DNA of 63,187 nucleotides, filler included, from Hyphochytrium catenoides (taxonomy: Eukaryota > Protista > Hyphochytriomycota): assembly GCA_900088475.1 (NCBI GenBank). It is 6 parts of 6 records of this genome, joined end to end, with 100 filler letters (N's around TTAATTAATTAA, not from the genome) between each part and the next. Parts side by side here need not be neighbours in the genome. Positions count along the whole stretch, not along the records: positions 30,946 to 47,173 come from FLMG01004447.1; positions 47,274 to 51,728 come from FLMG01001896.1; 4 more parts are not named here. The stretch is one strand, 5' to 3'. The notes under the pieces were generated by a model. It worked only from the letters and a program-made list of their open reading frames with translations, did no database searches and was not told where the DNA came from. Of this stretch, positions 40,815 through 51,828 are shown one piece after another. Each line of letters begins with the position of its first letter. Position 1 is the stretch's first letter. A program made the position numbers and the translations under genes.

Positions 40815-41350
40815 TTCTCTCTCTCTCTCTCTCTTCTCTCTTTCTCTCTCTCTCTGTCTCTCTCTGTCTCTCTCTCCTCTCTCTCTTCGCACAGCTCTTT
40901 TCCTCCCTGGCTCGCTCAATCACTTCTTCATCTTTGACATTTTCTTCTCTTGTCCAAGCTCCTTGTCTATAGTCTTGCTCGAGTCTCGCGCCTTTCCTCG
41001 CTTGACCCCAGGCCACTTCCTCCCTTCTCTCCTATCGCTCCTGGTCTGTTATTCATTCGCTCGTTTCCACGCTTATCTGCCTGTCTGATACCTGTCACTT
41101 CGCTCAGTTGAACATTTCCCTTCTTCCACCTCAGTAGCAAGCACAGAACTCTATATTTAATAATCGCTCGAAGCCTGAACAGCAACGGAGTAAGGGCGAG
41201 GAACTACCTTCCATCCAAGAAGAAAGCTTCAAGCTCTCACGCAACCACCTTGCAAGCAAGTGACAGGGAGAAGAAGAGACAAAAGAAGCTGGGAAGGAAG
41301 TGAACAGCTGTTGGTGGGTCTTCCCCCTCTAGAATCGAGAGAGAGAAACA

Positions 41351-42178
41351 ATGGAGGCCAGCACGACAGTGTCAACGTCTCCTCCCTCTTTGATGGTGAA
41401 GAAGGCCAGATGGTACTGCCGCATATGCCGCAAAGCTGGGAAGGGCCGAAGTGCGGCTTTTAACTGTAGATATGGCTGCAATTATGATCTTTGTCTACAC
41501 TGCGCGAGGACTCACTCGCAATGTGGGGTCTGCAGCCGGCCGCAGAGTCTGTTCCTGACAGTGAACAAATGGCTTGCTAGTCGCCCGTGGATCTGTTCGG
41601 TGTGCCTCTGTAAGACGGATCACTGCTACAGCTTGGCCTGTGTCGACGGCTGCGTAGGGATCGGATACACTTTCTACTGCCCTGCCTGTGCCTCAGCCCA
41701 GAACCCTAGCTACCATTGCAAGGCCGGTCACTTGTTAGTCTACCGCTGTATAATCACGGCAGCAGTTGGACTCAGGTGCACTCGAAAGGAGTGTCAGCAT
41801 CGCTCGAGAAGTAGAGTCTCCTGTGACCTCTCTGCCTCCTCGTTCGACTTCACGTGCATCGACTTATGGCTTCGCGAGGCTCCCAATGCAGCTTCTTCAA
41901 CGTATGTAGGAGGAATAGGGATCGGCAGTGGTACCTCTGACAACGGTCTCTTGGGTGCGGCGATAGCAGCATGCAGCGATTCAGGAGGAGGAGGAGGAGG
42001 AGGATGTGAAGTTGATCTGGGGACTGTAGGAGAAGGGCTGGGAGGAGGCGATCTCGATCTGGGAGCTGTAGGAGAAGGACTGGGAGAAGCCTTAGGAGAC
42101 CTGGCTTTTAGTGGGGCAGACGCTCTTGCTTCGGGAGCTGAGGGTCTTGTGGAGTGTCTTCTCTCACTCTTCTCGTGA
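41351..42178 (+). CDS. Intronless Cys-rich protein (ZZ/C1-like fingers) with Gly-rich C-terminus
   Basis: 275-aa ATG ORF; WYCRIC..FNCRYGCNYDLCLHC, WICSVC..ACVDGC..FYCPAC, CKAGHLL; tail has repeated DLGxVGEGLG. Confidence 0.7.
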   Translation: MEASTTVSTSPPSLMVKKARWYCRICRKAGKGRSAAFNCRYGCNYDLCLHCARTHSQCGVCSRPQSLFLTVNKWLASRPWICSVCLCKTDHCYSLACVDGCVGIGYTFYCPACASAQNPSYHCKAGHLLVYRCIITAAVGLRCTRKECQHRSRSRVSCDLSASSFDFTCIDLWLREAPNAASSTYVGGIGIGSGTSDNGLLGAAIAACSDSGGGGGGGCEVDLGTVGEGLGGGDLDLGAVGEGLGEALGDLAFSGADALASGAEGLVECLLSLFS

Positions 42179-42808
42179 TGAGCGGAGCGGAGGATGGGGA
42201 AGCTCGGGTCATCGATCAACGATGCTGCTCTTAGACAAAAGCCGCTGCTGTACATTCCTTATAACACCTTCGTAGCGCTCGCCTAGCACTCTCTAACCAG
42301 CATCAGAGGCGTGAAGAGTCGGCTCAGACGAAGAGAGCGGTTCTCTTCGCGCAGCAAAGGGCGCCGCCCGCCCGTTGCCTGGGCCATAGTTTTATTGTAC
42401 ATACAACTCATAGACAACTTACCTCTAAAGGCAGCCTTGCCTATAATATTATGATATTAGGATAGTATGCCTTGCATAATGCGTACCTTCTCTCTCTTCT
42501 GCCTCAATGCTGATGGGACCCACGCAGGGCGCCCAGCAGTTCATCAAGGAACACGAGATCCTAACAATGAGAGAAGGAAGAGTGCCAGCACTAGCCAGAA
42601 CTCTTAGGTAGTAGAGAAGAAGATTCAGACAGAGAGAGTGAGCAAAAGACAGAAGAAAGACAGAAGAAGAGGAACTAATCTCTCAGATCTCTTGCTTTAC
42701 TTGAGGTCTTCAATTGTACCTGAGAAAGGCTCGGGTTGGGGAAGAAGCTATACAAGTTCATGTTTGCAGACGAAGAAAGAGGTTGAAGGGAAGACTTCTT
42801 ATCAAAAC

Positions 42809-42860
<52 letters not shown>

Positions 42861-45224
42861 CGCTCGCTCTCTCACCTTCATAAACCTCTACAGTTTGTAG
42901 GACGAAGTCGAGTGGTGGCGCTGTGTCCGGCGGGCTCTCTCCTTCTGTTCAACGACGAAACTTCATCGCGTTACCAAGCTCGGCCGTCTTCCTTCGTTGT
43001 GGCTCACTTCACCCCACCCAACTCAGCTTTATCGCCTCTGGAATGCCGATAAAGCTCTCCACTTCTCTCGTTCTACTATGATTATTGAGGGTGGTAGTGC
43101 AGAGTCTTTTTATAAGAAGTCTTTCTTCGCTGCGGCTTTGTCGTTTGTTCGGTTAGCAGGTCAACTTTCTGGCTTGCTTTTTCTTCGGTAGTCTATCCAC
43201 ATACCTACTATAGGACGACCATCACAGAAAAAGTAAGGAATCCAGTCTTTTATTATTCACCAGCAGGCACAGCAAGGATTGGGATGGCAGCTCCTCCGCT
43301 AATCTTTGTCAGGACGACGACGCTTGAACTGTATACTGTTGGAAATAATGCTACCTCATGTTACGCACGAGGGTCGTCGTCCACTGAGGTGCCGTGCAAG
43401 CTGCGCTTACTAAGGTGGGACGTTAACTTGTTGGAGGAGCCAGATCATGTGCCTGAGGTGGATCCGACCAACTTTGCCTTTTCCTGAATAGAGTTTGCGA
43501 GGAATGTCATGGAGTTGCAGACAAAGGATCTTTCCTGAGTCGATAGTGTGGAAGATAAGAAGCATCGGGTACAGTCCCAGGTCCTTTTAACTTCGTAAAT
43601 GACTACGATGACCACTGGACCTTACCTACTACCCAGCAACCATGTACCATCCAGGAATGTAAGACTGTTGTCGATGGACTTAATGCAGAAAAGAATGGAG
43701 TCACAATGGTTGCGGCAGCTGAGCCCCGTCCATGGAACTATCATCCACCGCCGCCTGCAACTAGCGGCGCGCTCCTTATGGCTGCAGCCCTCGTCTCTTA
43801 AACTCAGCAAGTGTTTGAAACCGAACAGGCCATCATGCAGTGTCATTTTCAACACGTTTGCGATCCGTCGCAGTTATATTGGCTCTGGCAAAGGCGACCT
43901 GGAGCGGGCTTGTAGTACGAACATTCTTCACTTTGACTGGATTAGAGGGCCAGTTGAACATCTTCAAGATGTGTACGTGAACAGTGCAACCACTGCCACA
44001 GACGAAGATGACAAAGTCGACTTTGCAAATCAATGGGAGAGACTGTCCAGGCTACTCAAGCATTGTCAAACGCTATGCGAGCGGTACTTGGCCCTATACA
44101 AGATGTAAGACGATGGGGCCACTAATGCGTAAATTGTAAGAGAACAACGTGCAGCCACCACCGCCAAGAGGCATGAATAGGAACATGTCGCTGTGGACCA
44201 AGAGATGGCAGATTTCGCTGCCAGAATGATATGACCAGTTGCATTTGCACATCTTCCGTTCGTTTAATGATTCGGTGAGCACAGGTGGCGGTTTTTGATG
44301 GGGTGAAAATCTTGGTCGCGCTCACCAACTTTCCCGTCACGAGGAACGCAGCTACCCGGTTGGCCCATCTGCTAAATATCCCTTCTCCACCGCGATAACG
44401 GCAGTTAATCCGGTGCTGCCCTTAAGTTATCGCTCCATGTCGAAGAAATTGACGGATCTAAGTGGACAATAGACGCTTACGCAAGCTGTGAAGTCAGAGA
44501 GACTATCGTCAACACAGCGGACGGTGACGAGGTCAGTCAACAAGCCCCGAGCGGGGAACGCACGAGCACGTGTACTTTGCCATCAACCAAGTGGATATAA
44601 ATGGTAACGGTAAGGGCTGCTTCTGGTGTAGCGATGAGTCTTTTTGAAGACTGCAGTAGGAGGGACACCGTCTCGTCGTGCTTGCGAGCTCTGGCTTGTC
44701 CTCCTTCTACTCCAGGAACTCTCCCACCATGCTGATGAGCGGATTTGCCATATATGTAATGGGAGCCAAATAATACAACGGACAATGCCTGCTGAATTGA
44801 GGAAGAGATTGCAGCAGCTGTAGCAATACAGATGGGTCTTGCCACAATAGAGCTCTAAAAGAACGTGCTTTCTGTATAACTCATGGAAAGGGCTCTTATT
44901 AGCGGAGCAGTGCAGAAGCAGAGTGTTCAATGCTCCATCGTAACAGAGCATGATGTGATCCCGTCACTGTACAAGGAGCATGAATGCAATCTCACATTTA
45001 TCTATTATAAAAACCATAAGGAGGAGGAGGATGGCTGGAAACACCTTCATTTAAGCGCAGAGCTTGCTGATCCGAGTGAAGGGTAACGCTGGTGGTGTGT
45101 GTGTGGATAGTTGAGCCTCTTCTCATCAACTTGTTCCGCGGTAAGCTGTCTACTCATCAATAAATGCAATCAAGATTTACAAAAAGCTTCCTTGATCTTA
45201 TTATTCCCGTCTGTGACGGAATGG

Positions 45225-45380
45225 AAGGCGTCAAGCAGTGGAGACAGATTAGGTTCATCAATCCACGTGGCGACGGAGCATGAGACGCCCTTTCATTTGA
45301 CCAGGTATTGCGCGCGGCGGCGGACAGTCCGGCGGCTATAATAATGAAGTCGGCCGGCCAAGCGTCGGGGTCGCCCTCTA
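45225..45380 (-). pseudogene. Decayed chromodomain (probable transposon relic)
   Basis: DPDAWPADFII /frameshift/ SRRTVRRRAQYLVK*KGVSCSVATWIDEPNLSPLLDAF matches chromodomain YLVKWKG...TWE.E.NL; Trp codon is TGA. Confidence 0.7.
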
Positions 45381-45972
45381 CACCGCCCTGCGGCAGAGCG
45401 AGGTTTACACCTGCCGAGCTCCACGTCAATAGTATCGTAGAGATTTCGATAGCTTAGGAAGATGGGATGGAGTGATCCACGGACGGTCTGGCAGGTCATT
45501 AGACCGTCACGAAGCGCCCGAAGCGACAGCAGCTTGGGCTTTCGCGGTGACGTATCCATGCCAATTAATTGAAGATAGGCAATCAGTAATTCTTCGTCTG
45601 GTCATTCATCAGTTGCAATGAAACGGAGCAGGAAGTGCTCTGCTTGGCCATTGTGGTCATCAGAGATAAGGCCCAGCAGTACATGCCATATATGGCCCTA
45701 ATGCAAACCATAGGAAGAACGGTAGTTCTACAAGGGACTCAAAACAGCAGACACTGATTGATGTTGACTCTTCGAGTGGTGGTGATGACAGTAGTAGTGC
45801 TATCGAGAAAATCATCGATGATTCTTAGCAGTGGGCTGACACTGATAAAGCGCCAGCATTTCATCTTCCGCTCCATTGTGTTGTCGATGGTGGCTGGTAA
45901 CATTCAGAGACTGCTTGGGTGGAATGATCAGCACCACTAAAGAAGTTTTGTTTGGTAGTAACCACTTTCTGT

Positions 45973-46010
<38 letters not shown>

Positions 46011-46726
46011 NNNNNNNNNNNNNAGTCTCTCCCGATTGAATCGACTGAGTTTATAGACGCCAAAGAGGTCTATTAGCTCACTCGGGCCTATCCCTTTCAT
46101 CTCTCACTCTCTTAGCTATTTATGAAGCATTTCTCTCCCTACCCAGCTTTTCCCGTTCATCTACTGATCCTTTTCTTCTTCATTTGTCTTCGGGCGAAAT
46201 AAGAGAAGAGATAAGAAAGGAAGAGAGAGAGAGAGAGCCAGAGAGGGAGAGAAAGAGAAAGAGACGCAGGCAATGAAGTGAGACATAAAAGCGGGACACA
46301 AAGAGAGAGAGCGAACGGGAGCTGGTCTAAATAAAAGAAAGAGAGAGAAGACTCTTTCTTGGAGCTGCCAGAAGAAAACGGTTCTGTCGTCTCTCAATCG
46401 CTGTCTGTTGGTGCTCCTAAGACCTGCGTTACTAGGAAGAGAGGATGGATGGCTTCCGCATTCTTTGTTCCCAAGTGAAAGAGAAAAGGAAGAAAAGAAG
46501 AGAGGAAGACGGACGAAAGAAAAGAGAGAGAGAGACAGAGAGAAGAGACAAACAGAGAGAGAGAAGGAGAGGGAGAGCAAGGGCCAATTGCTACAGTTTG
46601 CTCTACTAATGTCCTGTTCCTCTCTTCTTCCTCTCTCTCCTCTCTCTTGGTCTCTCCCCTTCCCCTCCCTCTCTCTTTCTTTCGTTCTCTNNNNNNNNNN
46701 NNNNNNNNNNNNNNNNNNNNNNNNNN

Positions 46727-46758
<32 letters not shown>

Positions 46759-46983
46759 CCCTCTCTCTGTCTCTCTCTCTCTCTCTCTCCTGTCTTGCTC
46801 CCTAACCCTGAGCTTCAAAGCTCCGGCTGAGACAAAGTCAACAAGCGGCAGAAGCTCTTATTAACGTTATCACTTTGAGTCTACCCGAGCCAAGCTGAGC
46901 TTGGACCACTGAGGACATCACTCTTCCTTCCCCAAGCCAACAGCTGTCCTACCTCTATAGCCATAAAAATGTGCCTCCACACG

Positions 46984-47173
46984 CTACGCGGAAGGCTTGA
47001 CGGGCGGCACCACTGGCAGTCCGGAGGTCAGGTTGCTGGTGACCTCCGCCAGCTGAGCATCTGTCAGCGCAAAATCAAAGAAGAAGAAGGCGGAGAGGTC
47101 CATGGACGCTTCACTGAGGAACGCTGTTGACTGGCCGATCTGCCAGGTGGACAAGCTCCGGTCCGTCAGAGGA
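46984..47173 (-). CDS. 3' end of a paralogue of the LamG-repeat gene (rest beyond scaffold end)
   Basis: PLTDRSLSTWQIGQSTAFLSEASMDLSAFFFFDFALTDAQLAEVTSNLTSGLPVVPPVKPSA* is colinear, without indels, with the C-terminus encoded at 35731-35920. Confidence 0.9.
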
Positions 47174-47273
47174 NNNNNNNNNNNNNNNNNNNNNNNNNNN
47201 NNNNNNNNNNNNNNNNNTTAATTAATTAANNNNNNNNNNNNNNNNNNNNNNNNNNNNNNNNNNNNNNNNNNNN
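47174..47273. other. Artificial scaffold linker
   Basis: N44-TTAATTAATTAA-N44. Confidence 0.95.
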
Positions 47274-47726
47274 CACCGAATGAAGAGATTGGGCCCGCCT
47301 TGCAGAGAGAGAAAAGCACGGGGGAAAGCAAAAGTGGGAAGACTCTCTCTCCAGCCACAGAAAGAGTGCAGGAATGCAGGTTGACCAGGAGAGAGAAAAG
47401 ACACTGTAAGAGCAGAGAGAGAGAAAGAGACAGAGAGGATACGCGCTTGACTAGGCCTCAGGAGGGGAGGAAAGCTGTCCGCGTGCGTTAAGAGAGATCC
47501 GCAGGGCCTGACGCTAGGTCATCTCCTTGCTCCTTTCTCTCTCGCTCTGTCTCTCTTTCTCTCTCCTCAAGGCTCCAGAGCCTCAGCTGTCTCTTGCTTC
47601 TCCTCTTCTTCGCTCCGTCGCGAACGTTTTCATGCGATCTCTCTACCTGACCTCTATTCACCCTTCGGAGCAGCTTCCTCTGTTGCTTCTTTCTGTAGGA
47701 ATTGCTCTTTCACTCTTCGTCCCTTT

Positions 47727-47764
<38 letters not shown>

Positions 47765-48089
47765 NNNNNNNNNNNNNNNTCTCTCCCTCCCTCCCTTTCC
47801 CTCTTTTTCTCTCTCTCCCTTTCTTTCTTCCTTTCTTCTCTCTCGTCTTTGCTCTCTCTCTCTGTCTCTATGCCCCTTCCCCCTCCTCGACCGACACGCC
47901 ACGCCTTGTGCAAGCTTTATTTCAAGTACAAGTAAACCAAGTCCAAGTTACCAGTTGGACAACTAGTACTTGTGCCATAATTACCCTTTATAAAGGTTAT
48001 AACTACCTTCTCACAAGTCCCCGGAGTGGAAGTACTTTGTACTGTAAAACGGTAGACTTATGACAGTAGTGGACTTATAGATTTGGAGG

Positions 48090-48145
<56 letters not shown>

Positions 48146-48149
48146 AGAC

Positions 48150-48228
48150 GGGCAGCATAGACCATGGTGCTTCAGCAGCAGGGAAAGCCAAAGCAAGAGA
48201 GAGAGCGCGAGGGAGAAAGAGGGAGCGC

Positions 48229-48269
<41 letters not shown>

Positions 48270-48382
48270 GAGAGGAGAGGGGCAGCATAGACTATGGTGC
48301 TTCAGCAGCAGAATAAGCCAAAGCAAGAGAGGGAGCGCGAGGGAGAGAGAGGGAGCGCGAGGGAGAGAGAGGGAGCGCGAGG

Positions 48383-48425
<43 letters not shown>

Positions 48426-48500
48426 GAGAGGGGCAGCATAGACCATGGTGCTTCAGCAGCAGGGAAAGCCAAAGCAAGAGAGAGAGCGCGAGGGGAGAGA
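48150..48500. repeat. Three ~55-bp unique units separated by (GA)n tracts
   Basis: GGCAGCATAGACYATGGTGCTTCAGCAGCAG..AAGCCAAAGCAAGAGAG at 48151, 48281, 48432. Confidence 0.85.
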
Positions 48501-48520
48501 GAGAGAGAGACAAAGAGAGA

Positions 48521-48573
<53 letters not shown>

Positions 48574-48598
48574 GAAGAGGAACGTCAAGAGAGATCAT

Positions 48599-51500
48599 TT
48601 ACTTATACTTCAGCTTCATCACGTTCTCCTTCTTCCCTTTCCTGTCAGCTAGGAATCCCTCAAGGACATTGGCACTGTTCACTATTCTGATGGCACTACC
48701 TCCTCCTCGTTCTTCCTCCTCTCTCTCTACCTTTTCTCCCTTTGGCTCTGTGACCAGCTGCGCGCTATCAAAGTAGACAGTCGTCCCGCTGGGTAACAGG
48801 CCAAGACAGACACCTCCTGCAGGCGGCATGTCCGTCATCTTCACCTCTAGCAGTCCAGGGCGGTAGATGATAACAGCAAACCTGCTGAAAGATGCTCGGA
48901 CCGTGGGCCGCACCACTCTCTTCATGGTCAACATACTGCCAGAGGTCACCACGCCGTCCATAATGTGGTTGAGCACCCAGAAGACATTGAGCATCACCTT
49001 GTTCTCATCCTCTCCTGGCGCGGGCCTGATCATGGCAATAGGAAGGATAAGGTCCACGGGGCGGCCCAGCTTGTCCAGCACTTCGCCTGCGCTTAGCGCA
49101 TCCTTAGTCTTGACAGAGATGTAGGTGCCCCGAAGTGACTCCTGCAGCATCACGGCCACGCCGACGCAGCAGCATACAGCCAACAAGCCTATTTCTACCT
49201 TAGACTTCAGCCAGTAAGGAAAGAGCTCCTCCGCAATAATGCAAACCCCTGACGCGCTGAGAATGAGCATCAGAGGGCTCACGGTGGCCCGAGCCCAACG
49301 TCTTAACCTAGATCTTACTGCCACTCCGTGCATGTCAGGGTTAGCAGTCATCACACTGCCTACAGAGAGAGCAGCAATGAGCCAGATCAGCCATTGGCTA
49401 GACTTGGTCTCTGCCATTGCTCCGCGGGTTATCAGAATGTACTGCTCTGCCACAATGACACCAGAGTCTAGACGCGCGATAGGGCGAATCATCCTCGCCA
49501 GAGTGACCATAGAAGGCAGACAGAGCGCTATCTTCTCTATTAAAGAGCACCGCGCCATCTGCCTCTCTGTGTAGTCCACGAACTCGATGAGCGGCCCATT
49601 GTAGAAGAGAAGGATCCTCTTGGCTGTCGGCCGGTCAAAGGTACTGAGCACTCGAGAGACGACCCTCACTCTGCTGACGATCTGCTTAATCAGGCTCACA
49701 GTGTAGATGACATTGATGAGAATGCCGATGTAGATGATGCCATTCTCATAGCTTTGAAGGCCATTTGAAGTTGTCTCCACAGTCTCAAGCAAGGAAGACC
49801 TAAGAGGGATCAGACTCTCTCCCTCCGTAGAGTCAAAGATGTTCAGCCTTTTGCTGTTGTCGCTGCCGCGCATAATGTTCCCGCAATCTACAGGGTCTAG
49901 AAAGGTGATGCGATGGATACGGAAGGAGCAGCCTTCTCCTAGTCTTGGCCGGTCACTTCCCATCATCTCCTCAGGATAGTCGATCCTAATCTCTGTCCAC
50001 GAAGAGATAAAGCAAGCTTCTCTATATCCCATCCTGCTCTCAAGGATCGCACCTGTAGGCAAGAGGCGCAGCTCTATGTTGGGACCTGTGAGTCCTCCCT
50101 CGCCTCTCATGCTGATCCAGTTAGGGAAGTGAGGGCACTTCCTATTATAGAACTCCATAGCGTACAAAGAGTCTTTGACGGCGGATAGATTGCGCACTGA
50201 ATCGTTCAAGCGGCGGACTACGTCGTCGTCTATGACCCTATAGCTCAGTCCAGCAGAGTCAAACATGATGAGAGACTGGTTAGAAGGGAGAAAGAATGGG
50301 CTCCCGATCTGGCAGGGACTCCCTAGACAAGAGGCAATGAGCGGCGCGGTTCTGTCAAAGTGCTCTCGTGTGGAGTCTATATAGCTCATTCTCTTGGGCT
50401 GAAGATAGAAAGGAGGCGGGATGTAGCTGCTGCTATTGAGAGAGATAGTCACTCCAGGACCCAAGAGAGGGAGTGAGAGCATCTCAGAGCCGTTAGGGAA
50501 GATAGCGCCAAGGATCCGTGCTGTCATGTTAGAGAGGTTTGCTCCGTCTATGGGCAAGCCCCGAGTTATGAGCCTGGAAGTCTTCCCCGTCGACACGGTG
50601 GTTAGAGACAGACCATTAGGAAGGCCCCCAGGCTGAGAGAGAAGATGCTTTTCTATATACTCTACCATGGCAGGTTCCCTGAAGACAATCGTCGCGTTAG
50701 CCCTCGGGCCTTGGACGGTAAGAGAGCCTTCAATGGCCATTCTGGTCACCCAGGTCGTGCGCCGGTAAGTGTCCACCCATCGCCTCTGCAAGCACCTCCT
50801 TATGGGCCCCAGCACAGCCTCCGTCAGCTTCTCTTCTTGCTGATCCAGGAAATAGACAGAGCCATTCACAAAGTTACACCAGGCGGTGTTAGAGATGAAG
50901 CCAGCGTTTTGCCCGTCATACATGCCTTTCACTATGTCGGCAGCCTTAGCCGTGGTCAATCCTGCTTGAAGGACAGTCCTAGACGCTGTCACTTCTCTCA
51001 GTGATCCGATACCTGCTGCGGAGTGCTGCTCTACCTTCAGTCTGAGGGCTGAGCTAATCGCGGTGATATGCTCCAGGTCACTAATAATACCTGTCTTTAA
51101 GGCTGGACATCGGAGGTAGAGCGCCATCTCAAGCGGGATCCGCTGCAGCGTGTCAGGCACCTCGTACTTCAGCTCCATCAGGTCATTGAGGATCTCTGTA
51201 CACCCGTGCATCTCCAGGAAGCCCTTAGCATTGAGCATGGTGATCCCCGCAATATAGTTCCGCTCCACGCCCACTGACATATGAGACCTATCGCACCGTT
51301 CATCTGCGCAGAACCATGTGTCTGTCTGGTCAGCGGACCAGGTGTCACTGACCAAGGTGCTGACAGCTCCGGCACTCTTAATAAAGGAGCTGCTAGCGCC
51401 GTTGCTATAGCAGATCTCTCCAGGGCAGAGGCTGCTGCTAACGAGAGCGAAGATAAAGTCACCAGTAAGGATAACGTTGGTGCCATCGGCGATGGAGGCA

Positions 51501-51728
51501 GGGATCTCATCAGGATCGCCAAGAGTGGCAACGTTCTGGACGAGCGAGATCACTTGCTCTACCTCCGTGCTAACATTAGCAGCTACTGTCTCGAAGAGTA
51601 GAGGGAGATTAGCCTGCAGACAGGAGCCGTCCTTACTGCAGGAGCCGCTTAGCAGACGCTTCAGTACTTCCGTGTAGACAGAGATAAAGCCGCCTAAGGT
51701 AGAGACTATGGGCATCGCGTCATCCTCT
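48599..51728 (-). CDS. Large intronless multi-pass membrane protein of unknown function (5'-truncated)
   Basis: Complex 1038-aa ORF; frame stays open (EDDA-M) up to the gap. Cys-containing ~650-aa N-terminal region with NxS/T sequons, then ~5 hydrophobic segments. Confidence 0.8.
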
Positions 51729-51828
51729 NNNNNNNNNNNNNNNNNNNNNNNNNNNNNNNNNNNNNNNNNNNNTTAATTAATTAANNNNNNNNNNNNNNNN
51801 NNNNNNNNNNNNNNNNNNNNNNNNNNNN
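51729..51828. other. Artificial scaffold linker
   Basis: N44-TTAATTAATTAA-N44. Confidence 0.95.

Noticed and set aside
44094-44282. SWIM-like CKC..ICH motif suggesting a MULE transposase
   Set aside because: Spacing does not fit CxCx(n)CxH, the ORF is short and no DDE core is visible.
45293-45295. TGA at the chromodomain Trp as evidence of an alternative genetic code
   Set aside because: There is an adjacent frameshift; intact genes use TGG for Trp and TGA as stop (ZIP7, GPCR).
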